From positions 6,200,001 to 6,264,000 of the forward strand of contig OX337228.1 of NCBI GenBank assembly GCA_946965045.2: a DNA stretch of 64,000 nt. The letters are read 5' to 3'. The notes beneath the pieces were generated by a model. That model did no database searches. It was not told where the DNA came from and worked only from the letters and a program-made list of their open reading frames with translations. Positions 1 through 10,793 of the stretch are shown piece by piece (the first letter of the stretch is position 1; each line of letters starts with the position of its first letter). A program made the translations under genes and the position numbers. The DNA comes from Epithemia pelagica. Its lineage: Eukaryota > Protista > Bacillariophyta.

Positions 1-480
1 TTCTTTAGACGGCACTGCGATAGAATCGATTGCTTGGCCCCACGGACTGTGTTTGGAGAGACGCGTGGCTGTGTTATTGTTTGTTGGGCCTGTAGCGCTG
101 TTGAAAATCCCTACTTCATTCTCACTCTTGTGAGAAATTTTCGTAGGTGGCCTTGACTTTGTTGGCATTAGAGTCGTTCCCACTCCATGAGGTGTTGGAG
201 GGAGGGAGACAGGTTGTTTTTTGTCGTCTATATTCATCGTATTTTGGATAGATCTGGACGATGACAGTGACGATGACATGGACGAAGTATCGTTTGTCAT
301 GTTGTGTTGAGCAGCGGCCGTCGTCGTGGGTCTCAGATGTTGGGACACAAATTCAGCAAGGACTTCGGCATCCTCCGCCGTTTGCTGTTGTTGTTGAGTC
401 CTTCGTCGGCGATTGTGAATTCGATGAGACGTATGAACAGCATCGTCCAGCGCATCATCCAACCGATTCAGCCAGTCCAT
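1..480 (-). CDS. 5' part of an uncharacterised protein (MDWLNRLDDALDDAV...), running off the left edge; N-terminus loosely resembles golgin-type N-termini
   Basis: ATG at 480 opens a stop-free frame of 160 codons to position 1 (manual translation; absent from the ORF track because it is open-ended). The golgin resemblance is weak. Confidence 0.6.
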   Translation of the reverse strand, partial: MDWLNRLDDALDDAVHTSHRIHNRRRRTQQQQQTAEDAEVLAEFVSQHLRPTTTAAAQHNMTNDTSSMSSSLSSSRSIQNTMNIDDKKQPVSLPPTPHGVGTTLMPTKSRPPTKISHKSENEVGIFNSATGPTNNNTATRLSKHSPWGQAIDSIAVPSKE

Positions 481-876
481 GCTGCAACTAAATTATGTTT
501 AATTACTATCGGCAAACCTCATGTCGTGTCCCTAAGAAAAGCACACTGAACAAACAACCAGCATCGTCGTCGTCCTCTCTAAATTTTCTCGTTGCCATCA
601 CAATGCCATGGCTATACTCGTGAATACACTTGAGGGACTGAAATAGTCAGACTACCCGTCCCTCAAGTAAACTTTGGAGGAGGGTCTCATCACTTTGTTG
701 AGGGAGGGGTGCAAAGCGGAGGATTTGGTGGCCGAGTGGTCAAGTCTAAGGGCAACAGCAGTTGTCCTTGTCCTCACTGAGGTTTCATTGGTGCTCTACA
801 GTCTACAGAGGCTTTGCTTTGCCCATGAAAAGAGAAGAGTGCTGGTAGGAGGTAGGACTAGGAGCAGGGCGGCTGG

Positions 877-887
877 AAAAACCAAAA
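877..887 (-). terminator. RNA polymerase III terminator (T4 then T5) of the tRNA-Leu gene
   Basis: Minus strand reads ACC-TTTT-GG-TTTTT immediately after the discriminator base at 891. Confidence 0.7.
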
Positions 888-890
888 GGT

Positions 891-1054
891 TGACGACTGT
901 GGGATTTGAACCCACGCCTCCGGAGAGAATGGAGCCTAAATCCACCTGCGGGAAGTTGCGACATTGGGCACTTGTGAGAAAGCAAGGGGTTATTCGACGA
1001 TGAATGCTTAACAATCATTAAACTTACCACCTTAGACCACTCGGTCAAATCGTC
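891..1054 (-). tRNA. tRNA-Leu(TAG), split: exon 1 1054-1028 (27 nt), exon 2 945-891 (55 nt)
   Basis: Joined sequence GACGATTTGACCGAGTGGTCTAAGGTG|GTGGATTTAGGCTCCATTCTCTCCGGAGGCGTGGGTTCAAATCCCACAGTCGTCA (82 nt) folds as a class II cloverleaf: acceptor GACGATT/AGTCGTC, D-stem ACC/GGT, anticodon stem GTGGA/TCCAT with loop TT-TAG-GC, long variable arm, T-stem GTGGG/CCCAC with TTCAAAT loop, discriminator A. A-box and B-box are intact. Confidence 0.93.
946..1027 (-). other. 82-nt spliceosomal-type (GT-AG) intron inside the tRNA-Leu gene at about position 26/27
   Basis: GTAAGT donor, CTTTCTCACA branch-like site (A about 29 nt from the 3' end), CTTCCCGCAG acceptor. Exact removal restores the cloverleaf. 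Confidence 0.85.
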
Positions 1055-1076
1055 CCGCAAAACCTGGTGAAAATTG

Positions 1077-1085
1077 ATATAAATA
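1077..1085. promoter_or_regulatory. TATA-like element between the tRNA gene and TBCCD1
   Basis: ATATAAATA (+) / TATTTATAT (-), 23-31 nt upstream of the tRNA 5' end and about 130 nt upstream of the TBCCD1 ATG. Confidence 0.35.
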
Positions 1086-1212
1086 CGGTTGTTGACTTGT
1101 TTTTGTTGACCGACATTTTCGCGCCTGCCATCTCCCTCCGCACAGATTTTGTCAACACTTCGGCTCTTGGCAACAGGTCCAACTCCAACAACTCCTGTTC
1201 TACCAGTTCACC

Positions 1213-3865
1213 ATGATAAGTGGGACCTCCAACGCGGCCGTTGAGAGAGGAGGCTTGTTCCGGAACGCACCCCATTCCAGCGCCACTGGTAGATCCGGCG
1301 ATGTATCCGATCTACTGACTCCAACAACGATGCCGAATGACGCCATTACATTAACGGCGAAACCAAATGCCTTTGCGGGTGCGGTGCTAAGTCCCAACCA
1401 TGCTCGTACTCTGACGCCATCACTCTGTGTTGCAATCTCATCGGCATTGGCGGAGCAGTGCCATCGTCGGTCCGGTGTGCCATATACACGTAAGAGCAGT
1501 CTTTGTGGTTTGAATGTTCTCGTTCCATTGCCCAATTTTATCTCAGCGATCTGACAATTTATAATTATTATTCTTTGTCATTGGTTATATACTCGCAATT
1601 CAATCTGCTCTGTCCAGTTTGGATCACGGAAGCCTGGAGAGTTTTAGGTTGGGCGGAACCGAGTGCGGCCTTGTTCTGGGAGATGGCCACCATGTATCAC
1701 ACCTTATACTTGGCCGGACGAGCGTTCGCCGCAGACTACGAAGAGAATCCAGTTCACTCGAATAGCAACATTCCACCGATTCTCTCCTGTGGATCCACTA
1801 GTAGTGTTGGTTCCGGTACAACCACACAAACGCCTGTTACGTTTGACAAAAAGAAGTTGAGCACTGTGGCATCTGCCAAAGAGCTCCCCGTCTGGTTGGT
1901 GGGGACGTTTCTATTGCTTCACTGTGAAGAATTCGCTTATCAACGCAACTTATCGGGGCAAGACGAGAGGCGTTTCTTTGGTGGAGGAGATCCTTTAGGA
2001 AAAAACAGTCTTGGTTCACAGGTTGATTTCACCTCGCTCCTCAAGAATCCTTCTCTTTCTCCACGGTAAGACTATCCCCGTGTAGTTTTTGCACTGTTTA
2101 TCTTTTCTTTTGCCTGACGGGTTGTCATATGGCTCGTTTCAGAACTCGTCTACATGCAGGATGGAACAATGATAACTCGCACTGTGCAGCCTATCTTGTT
2201 CGCCATTTACGAAAGGCGCTTTTGCTCTCAGCCATTCCACACAATCACGAAGCTGTCCTTGCTTGCATTCACTTGGCTTCACTGCCGAGCCGACCACCAG
2301 CCCCTCCGTCAACGGAGCGTTTGCTGAGGCGAAACTCATCTCGCCTCAAATATTCGGTCGATGAATTGAGACGTCAGCACGACGAGGAGCACGGACTTGC
2401 CGGCGTCAATGTCCAACTGACTCTGGATGATCTAGAACGGCTGAACTTGATTTTGCAGCCACCTCAAGGAGGAGGAATAGATGATCCTCCTCTTCGTATC
2501 GGGGAGTTCCTTTGGATGTCACTGAAACTTACTCGCCCTCCGCCCATGGCAACGCTTCGTCTGGGCGATGTGGAACAGCAAATTTTCCGTCATTTGGAAA
2601 TGGAGCTTACCATGAGCGGCGACCCAACTGAAGAAGAAGACCGCTCGGAAGATAGCGAGACTCAAGCTCAGGTGGCGTTGGCAAAATTGTCGCTGTCTTC
2701 AGATTCTGGCAAAGCCAGTGGTTCCAACGAACGAGCAAAACAACCAGGAAATCAGTATTTGAAAGAGCTTTCTTACACCCATTTGCGTGGGACAACAATT
2801 TTGTTAAAGCCAAATCCAGCAGAGACTTCATCAGGAGCATCGGCAGCTTCTGGTGATGCCCATAACTTTGTTGGGAACCTGGCTTCTTCGCAACGACTCC
2901 ATGATATTATCATATCCAATTGCTGTGACGCACATTTTTACCTGCTGCAGCCTTTTGAACACGCGACCATTGCAGCCTGCACGGGTTGTACAATCGTTGT
3001 TGGAAGTGTTGCAGGCCTACTCCACGTTGTAGACTGCGAGAAGACGCTCATCACGTCGGCGAGTCGCCGCATTTTGGTTAGCAACTCATCGGATGCCACT
3101 TTGAATGTGTTTTCTCCAAGCCCACCGTTGTTGGTAGGAGACAATCGGACCTGTCAATTTGCTCCCTACAACACTTATTATGACGGCTTGCGTGAGGACC
3201 TGTTGGCGACCGGATTGGCTGCCGCAGTGGTATCGGAACATTCACCTGCAACTAATGCAGGCGCCAAAGAGGCTTCCGACTCAGGAGCATGGCCACCGCT
3301 TCAATGTGCGAGCAATAAGTGGAAGCAACCTGTTGAAATGTCTACTTTATCGACGTTGGAGATGCCACAAGTTCCAAATTCTTCGGGTGCTTCTCCACCG
3401 GCAAGTCCCTCTGGCCATTCTGGTCTCGGAGCTGATGACAAAGCCCACCCCGGGCCAGGAAACACCAATGAGGCAAACCAAGGTCCCGTTATTGTTCCAG
3501 CTAGCGACTTTCATCTTCTGTTTGTTCCGTTCGAGTCGGAGGGCGCCCGTCAACGCCGACTGGAAGCAGAAGAAGGAGAAGCAGGGACTGATGGGTCTGC
3601 TATGGAGAGTCAATACTGTCGTTTAATGGCAGAGGTGTTGCAGCTTTCCCCATTCCGCTTACCTATTGAATATGAGCGGAGAGTGTTGATCAAAGCCGAG
3701 CGTATGCGGAATATTCAACAGGCGGTGCGCAAGTCATTGACCAAGGAGCAACAGCGTCGCTTCGAGGAAGACCTTAACCGGGGCTTTCGTGATTGGCTTG
3801 TTACCTCTGGGAATTTGCGACAAGTTCTGGACCTTGTGCATCTCGAACGACGCGGAGCATTGTAG
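1213..3865 (+). CDS. TBCCD1: TBCC domain-containing protein 1; exons 1213-1489, 1618-2065, 2143-3865
   Basis: C-CAP/cofactor C beta-helix (FYLLQPFEHATIAACTGCTIVVG...PPLLVGDNRTCQFAPYNTYY) and TBCCD1-like C-terminus (PFRLPIEYE...GFRDWLVTSGNLRQVLDL). Both GT-AG introns are frame-consistent. Confidence 0.85.
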
Positions 3866-4499
3866 CGCCTCTATCTCCTCTACAATATAAATCTTCGGTA
3901 TGGTCACCAATGGCTGTGGTTAATTGCATGATGGGAAAGCGTCTCCCTCGGACTGGTAGATTGTGATGTAGCACATGAGCATACCTGTTTCACTTTACTT
4001 TAATAGATGAGACACATTGAAGTCCCCGAGCTTGCTCGTAATCGAACGACTAGTATCTGGGAGACACCACAGATGCATAGCTGTTAGTTTGGATTACTCC
4101 TTCATTTGTACTGAACCTTTAGGAGATAGGAGTAGCTGCACAATCGTTGAACCTAATCGATTACTACGTTTTGCGTCGTGTCTAATTAGTTTTCTCCGAG
4201 TTGGAGATTGAAGACACGACAAATCGACCGAGTGCCGACTCCCGACCCCTCGGTTTCTGTCGTAGTCCAATTGTTGGTATTGACTATTGACCATGGCTGT
4301 GGTAGACGGACCTGCGACTCGTGTCGTCGAGGGATAAATAATAGGAGTAATAATGGAATTGGGAACTCGGCTTTTCTTGTCTGTGTGTCTGTGCGATGCT
4401 TTCGTACTTTAGTTACTACCTAGAGAAAGTAGAACTTGATCGATGCCTATACGCCTAGTCTTTTTAAACATATTATGACACATGGAACTGATTAGGAAG

Positions 4500-4550
4500 T
4501 ACGAGTAGTAGGGAATAGTATACCAATTTACAAGGGACTATCTACGAGTA
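4500..4550. repeat. TACGAGTA motif cluster upstream of the HMG gene
   Basis: Exact copies at 4500 and 4543 within a TAG/GTAC-rich tract. Confidence 0.5.
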
Positions 4551-5064
4551 GAAGTAGAAGTACGAGAAGAGGCGTAGTACACGTAGTACGAAATACTAGG
4601 TAGTACGACGTACGACCCTTCAGCCTTCAGTAGAAATTCCTTGTACCTCTAGTACAATCCTGCGCGTGATCAAAGCAGAAAAGCTACACTTTGTTCCACA
4701 TACAACATACAACATGGACATCCGATGTAAGCTGGAATTCTAAGGTTTTAGCACGTCGACAACGACAACCTCTTACAATCTAAAAGAGAAACTATACTGT
4801 GTATGGAACTGTAGAAGATTAGCAATAGTAGTGCTCCTAGCATCTTTTGGCGACCCATTTGTGTAGAATACTATAGGGCGGACAGTACAGTCCCTCCACT
4901 ATGTAAAAATGTAAAAATCTACAGCCGCTACAATCATCGTACAAGCGAAGGTTACAACTGATCGAAACAACGAACAACCCCCCGTACACGTTCGATTGTC
5001 AATAGGGCAACCGAAGAACTTGAGACTTCACGAGGTTGCTTAACTGTACGGTGGTAAAAAGAGA

Positions 5065-6990
5065 ATGAGTGGGTTCAACAACGCGGGGATGGGGATGGGA
5101 CTAGGTGATGTTGGACTAGGAGGAGGATCTGGACGATTGTGGATGGATGACTTCCAGCAACCGACCGCAAATATGGGGATGCCCGGTGTTGGTGTGGGTG
5201 GTGGTTTGACAAATGGCAACATGGTTGGAGGAATGGCTTTGGGAGGAAACGCTGGAGGATCTGATATTGGTATGGCTGGAATCGGTCAACCTTCCCTTGG
5301 ACAACTTGGATTGGCACACCCAAGTCTCGGACAGTCTGGATTGGGTGGATTCCCTGGTTCCAATCCAATTGGCGGAAACCAGGTTCTACCTCATGCTGGT
5401 CGCAGCGACGATGACTTGCTGCTGAGCCTTCTTCGAGAGCGAGAGAGAAGTCAGATGCAAATGTCAGGTGGTCTTTCAGGTGTCGTTCCCCTTTCTTACA
5501 ATGGTGGACCATCGGCTTCTGCGTTACCGTCAAGTCGACCTGGTCTTCAGGGAGGTTTCGCGCTCACGTCGGGGAACAATCTTCCGTTAGACCAGACGAC
5601 GGCCCGTGTCCAAGTATGTTGATATGACGATGGCGATGTTTACATTGAATCATTTTGTTCATGATACTTTCTCACATGGATTCTCGATTCCCTTTCTTTC
5701 CGCAGGAACAAAATTCAGGTCTGGCTTTCTCGCCGTACATGATGATGCGTGACATGCAGAACAATGAAAACATGGCGTCAGCTGGCATGATGCAACATGA
5801 ACAGCAGAGATCAGCGATGCCTGCCATGACCAACAACCCTAGTACTTCCGGAAATTTCTTCTCCTTGCAAAACTCCTTTGATCCTACACCGACATCACAG
5901 ACGATGCAAATGCAACGACATGCAGCCGGCGAAATGCAAGATCAAATGGTGGGAGCCAAAGAACACCCGGTTATGGCAGCGCCTGTGGCATCGTTACAGC
6001 AGAAGGCACCTCCTAAAGCAGAGCCAAAAGCTCCATCGCAGAAGAGCAGCACTACCAAGGTTGGTAAGAAGATCAAAGATGCCCCTCGACGACCTCTGTC
6101 GGCGTACAACCTATTCTTTTCCGACGAACGAGAGAGAATTCTAAAGGAAAGAGAAGGGACCGAGGGTGGAGGCAAGATTCAAGTCCAAGAAATGGCAAAA
6201 ATCATTGGTGCGCGTTGGAGACAACTGTCCGATAATCGGCGTGAATACTATCAGCAGTTGGCAGATGAAGATATGAAACGCCATAGAGAAGCGAAGAAGA
6301 ATCAACCTAAGGACGTCTCGGTTCCAAAGCGTCCCCCTACAGGTAAGGCTTGTAATGTGATCGTTCGAACTTGATTACCAGTCAGTTTCTCATTGTTTCA
6401 AAATCGTACCGAAAGCCTTCTTGCTCTTTTCAAACAAGCGCCGCAAAGCCCTGAAAAGCCAGAATCCTTCGGCTACCAACTCTGACCTTTCTAAAATGCT
6501 AAGTAAGGCATGGCGTGAAGCCGACGATTCTATTCGTCGGGGCTACATTGAAGAGGCATCTGCCCTATCAAAGGCCTATAAAGCTGAAATGGTTAGTTGG
6601 CGCAAAACGTCTGGTGACAGAAAGAATGGGACCGGTGACGGCGATGATGAAGGGATGGTTGCCAAGGCTGGCCAGAGAGGTGACGACATCGAAGGAAGCT
6701 CTGGTAAACGAAAGATGGGTTTTACCCTTCCAGCGAAGAAGCGCAAAACAAAGGATCCATCAGCCCCCAAACGGCCTCTTAGCGCGTTCTTGGCATACTC
6801 GAACACTCGTCGGAAAGCTCTGAAACAGCAGTACCCAGATGCAACGAATGCCGATTTGTCCAAGATGTTGGCCAAGATGTGGAAAGAGGCCCCAACTGAC
6901 TTTCGTCAAGAGTTCATTGACGAAGCGGCGAAGAAATCGGAGGCCTACAAAGTTGAAATGGCCGAATGGCGAATGAAGAGCGGAAACTGA
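5065..6990 (+). CDS. HMG-box protein with three HMG boxes and a Gly/Met-rich N-terminus; exons 5065-5613, 5706-6342, 6416-6990
   Basis: PRRPLSAYNLFF...IGARW, PKRPPTAFLLFS...LSKAW (assembled across intron 2), PKRPLSAFLAYS...LAKMW. Splice phases are consistent. Confidence 0.9.
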
Positions 6991-7565
6991 TTTATGATTC
7001 GAATATTCACGCTTAATTTGATCTGAAGAAACTATATTGGTGTTTGTCGTAATAATTTATCAATTATTCTATGGTTTATGTCTATTCCTTATCGACGATC
7101 GTTCCTTTTGGGGGCGCAGTGTTCAGGAATCGAAGGTCTTTTTCCACCAAGCAGATTCAGTAATCACCGTGATGGTCTCTAGAACTACCATCGATGAAAT
7201 ATCATGTCATACAATGATAGCTTCTCCGCACTTTCGCCACTTTTGCCTTCGCCATCATTTTCGATTGTTGGACACTTATCGTCGTCGGCCGATCGATAGA
7301 ACACTTGACACGTAAATCAAAACTCTAATGTTCATCTTAGGAGCTCGCCCCATCTTCTATATGATTGATATGGGATGAATTTCCCAGTTCTCCATTGCGT
7401 GCCTGGATCATGGCAAACATAACTGATCCTTGATATTGTTTGTCCTCTTTTAGATTTATTCAACGGTTCAATCAGTGATGGCTCTTTTGTAAGATGCTTC
7501 TTCGAAGTTGTTGTTTTGTTGGAAAAAATTTAAAATATATAATATTTTGTGAGCGCATGACGGCA

Positions 7566-7781
7566 TACGAGTACTCCTAGTACAATAATATTACGATTTC
7601 TGGTCGCAGTACGAGTACGAGTACATGATATACGTGTGGGCAATTGTGTGATATCCTACAATATATTCTCTCTTGAGTATTGCCTAAAGTTTCCGAAATG
7701 GTACCCAACCAATTCTCTCCAAACAGCTACCAGCATCAGCATCCCCTCTTAGCTATCATTGCTACAAAACGAGTACGAGTA
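7566..7781. repeat. TACGAGTA motif cluster upstream of the PELP1-like gene
   Basis: Exact copies at 7566, 7610, 7616 (overlapping tandem) and 7774. Confidence 0.5.
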
Positions 7782-7874
7782 CACACAAGCTTTCAGCGCA
7801 TTCTGTGGTTGTTGTCGCCTCGACAGTTCTCCCATCCGTGAGAGATAACTCTCTTCGTATTAGAAGCATGAACC

Positions 7875-10700
7875 ATGACAATGTATTCGGATTCTTCAGT
7901 GTGCCCACCGAATCCGAGTGATGCAGAAGAACAATATATTGTCGCCGGTCAACGGCTTCAGGTCCACGTTCGGTCTCTAGAAAAAAAGCAACAACAGGAC
8001 GGCAAACGTTCCGATTTACAAGAAGCCGAAAACGACCGTTCCACAGGCAATGTTTGGGAATCGAGTGACCGAAACGTGAAGAATATGCTGGAGCTGCTTC
8101 AATATCTCATTCCTTTGGTTGCCCGAAATGGCCTTTTCTGTGGTCTTCCTGTCGAAATTGGGGACACCAACCAGAAGAAGGAGGCATCATCGAAAGCCAC
8201 TTCGAATAAAAGGGGAAGCGATTCATCACGTCTTGTTTTTGTGACGGGAGGAGACAAGGATGAATCCAAGTCAAGAATTTCAGCGTGTGCTGATCAAATT
8301 ATTTCTTCCGTGGTTCGAATTATGGGCTGGCAAAACCCTGACTCCAATCTTGTGGCAAAGTCCATAGCTGGACTGGATCCGGACGATCGATGCTTGTTGA
8401 TTATGCTTTCTTCTGATCTCTGTGCTGCTGTGGCAAATTATGTCCGTGAGCGACATGCACTGGACTTTGCAGGCGAGTTTGAGCTTCTTTCGTCAAATGC
8501 AAAATCTTTGTTGGTTGGTTTGACAAACTCAATGGACTATATCCTTGACACATCGAGTTGTTCGAGTGAGAATACCGTCATATTTCCTATTGATCAACCA
8601 CAACCACTGGTATTGAAATCCCTGATATCCTGTCAACGTGTTGCAGTTAACCTTGTGAGCTTGCTGTATCCACATCTTTCTCGATTCTCATCACAAATGC
8701 AACAATTATTGGTGATTGGTGTCTGGAAATCCTTTTCAGTCGTTGACCAGGAACTGGTCGAAACGGCGACGTTGTTGAACGCAACTATTCAAACGGCGCT
8801 CGCAGCAGGAGCCGTGAGTCCCAATAATCATGTCTCAGATGCTGAAGACCCATGGACAAAATCACTTCGAGAGTCCGTGGCGCTGTTGTTTGTCTTTCTT
8901 CAGGAAGCTTTACCCATAAATCCTCGCTTGGGGGAACGCGCTCAGGAACAAGACTATATTGTACAGCATGCATTGGGAAAGGCGGCCACGACAGTATGGC
9001 TTCAAAAACTAAGAGAAACGAATTCAGAGGAGGAACGATCAAGGTTGCTCCTTCACTGTGTAGAGGTTCTCGTTTCGATGTCGAAGAATCTTCTTTCCGT
9101 GGACACAAGAGACGTCTCGTATCTGTTGGGGGCGCATGTTGATGTTGCATTGATCCTAGACCTTGTTGAGATTCTCATATGCTTCCCAATATCAGCGGAA
9201 TCTCTCTATTTTCGGACAAAGAAACGGCTTCGCAGGGAACCGATGGTTACGGGATATTTTAGTCCAGCTGCCACAGCAAGCATATGCAACAGTTTCAAAG
9301 TCATGGGCCACGGCATGCTGAATCGTTTGCTCTCATCTCTGGGGCGCCCGTTGTTACTTCCGTTTTCCCGCCGTCTCAGGACAATTTGTTTTGCCTCCTT
9401 GTTGACGGCATCGTCGACAAAATTACGAAATGTTTGTGAAGACAAAGTCTCCATTTCGATCTCAGACCCCGCTAAAAAGAGATGGCTCAATGCATCCATT
9501 GCTGTACGTACCAAAGTTTTACGTTCAATTCAAAAAGCTTTTGTGGTTGTTGGAATTGATGCTTCACCTTTGTCCAAGTCCTTGGGAGTGTCGAAACAAA
9601 GTGACGATCTTGATCGATTAATCACTCTGATTTGTGGATGTATTGTTGAGCAACTAGAATGGTTTGACAGACCACAAGAGAACGTCGGAGACTGGGGAAC
9701 TTTCAAAGAACGCCTTGAAGAAATGGTTGCTGCTGGCGATTGTCTTGGGGTATGTTTGGTATCCGGCGGGCAATTTCTATCGATTGTAGCTCGTTCATTG
9801 ATTGATTCCACTGCAAAAAGTATTCTGAACAAGTGTGTTACGATTCGAAGAGAGAATCTGCATGATTTCTCATCGCTGTTCAAGTGTGCATTGAGCCTGG
9901 GAATCAATGCATGTTCCGCGCCGTACCGTGATGGAGCAGCTTCGACGGTAGGAGTTCCTTTGCGAGATACTGCTGAACGATTGCTGAGAACTACCTCTGA
10001 CGAGCCTTTGATGTGTACTGCCCTCGCTGCCATTCGAATTTGTGATACAATCGATGCACCCCGAGTACCAGCGCTTTCCGTTGTCACACGAAAGCCCATG
10101 AGTACTACGTCGTCTCATAACATTGCCAATGTCTATCAACTGCAAAGTCTTTTGGACAAGCAGGGGCCATCGGTGGACGAAATGAATGCCGGTGAAGATG
10201 ATTCAACGGCAAAACGGCGAAAATTGGATCCCCGCAAATCAGAAGAACAAGTCCAAACCGGCAACCTTACGGCTCCTCCACAAGCCTCAACTACAAAGGG
10301 ATTTCAAAAGGAACAACATTCCAAGACGAAAGCACCTGATGATGACACAGAAGAAGAAGCTAAAGCAACCAATGTGGAAGAAGATCAAGAAGTCAAAGAT
10401 ACGGAAATGGATATTGATTCACAGGATGTTCGACAACCAGAATCGCTTCATCCGCCCTCGACAAGCAACGTATTGAACGATGCAGAACCTGGAAATGCGG
10501 AATCTAACAATACTGAGACAGTTAGTAAAGATGTGCCTCCTTATCTCGAATCTTCAAATGTTATCTCCAGGACCAGCAAGTGGGACTCGTCTTACAAACC
10601 AACATCTACCGTTCAATCCGGAGAAAATGATTCTGCTGAAGAGGAGGAGGACGACATTCCAATGATTTTTGACGCTCCTCCAGACGAAGACGATGAGTGA
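7875..10700 (+). CDS. PELP1/Rix1-like protein (rixosome, pre-60S biogenesis), single exon
   Basis: 941-aa ORF. A helical N-terminal region ends in PRVPAL (compare HPRVPPL of PELP1/Rix1). The disordered acidic tail ends EEEEDDIPMIFDAPPDEDDE. Confidence 0.55.
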   Translation: MTMYSDSSVCPPNPSDAEEQYIVAGQRLQVHVRSLEKKQQQDGKRSDLQEAENDRSTGNVWESSDRNVKNMLELLQYLIPLVARNGLFCGLPVEIGDTNQKKEASSKATSNKRGSDSSRLVFVTGGDKDESKSRISACADQIISSVVRIMGWQNPDSNLVAKSIAGLDPDDRCLLIMLSSDLCAAVANYVRERHALDFAGEFELLSSNAKSLLVGLTNSMDYILDTSSCSSENTVIFPIDQPQPLVLKSLISCQRVAVNLVSLLYPHLSRFSSQMQQLLVIGVWKSFSVVDQELVETATLLNATIQTALAAGAVSPNNHVSDAEDPWTKSLRESVALLFVFLQEALPINPRLGERAQEQDYIVQHALGKAATTVWLQKLRETNSEEERSRLLLHCVEVLVSMSKNLLSVDTRDVSYLLGAHVDVALILDLVEILICFPISAESLYFRTKKRLRREPMVTGYFSPAATASICNSFKVMGHGMLNRLLSSLGRPLLLPFSRRLRTICFASLLTASSTKLRNVCEDKVSISISDPAKKRWLNASIAVRTKVLRSIQKAFVVVGIDASPLSKSLGVSKQSDDLDRLITLICGCIVEQLEWFDRPQENVGDWGTFKERLEEMVAAGDCLGVCLVSGGQFLSIVARSLIDSTAKSILNKCVTIRRENLHDFSSLFKCALSLGINACSAPYRDGAASTVGVPLRDTAERLLRTTSDEPLMCTALAAIRICDTIDAPRVPALSVVTRKPMSTTSSHNIANVYQLQSLLDKQGPSVDEMNAGEDDSTAKRRKLDPRKSEEQVQTGNLTAPPQASTTKGFQKEQHSKTKAPDDDTEEEAKATNVEEDQEVKDTEMDIDSQDVRQPESLHPPSTSNVLNDAEPGNAESNNTETVSKDVPPYLESSNVISRTSKWDSSYKPTSTVQSGENDSAEEEEDDIPMIFDAPPDEDDE

Positions 10701-10793
10701 ATGAGTATCTCAAGTATCCTGAAGCTACTTGGTGGGACTTCTCGCCGTCCCTTTATTCTAAGGTACACTCTCTGTCTAGTAAGCGATTATACT

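Noticed and set aside
891-1054. Reading the tRNA insert as a canonical 37/38 or BHB-type tRNA intron
   Set aside because: The anticodon loop is uninterrupted in exon 2, the insert lies before the anticodon stem, and no 4-bp BHB central helix forms in the junction registers tested.
261-1275. Short ORFs over the tRNA region (674-1003 +, 796-1014 -, 803-1060 -, 1045-1275 -)
   Set aside because: They translate through the tRNA and its intron, show no protein-like motifs, and are explained by the RNA gene.
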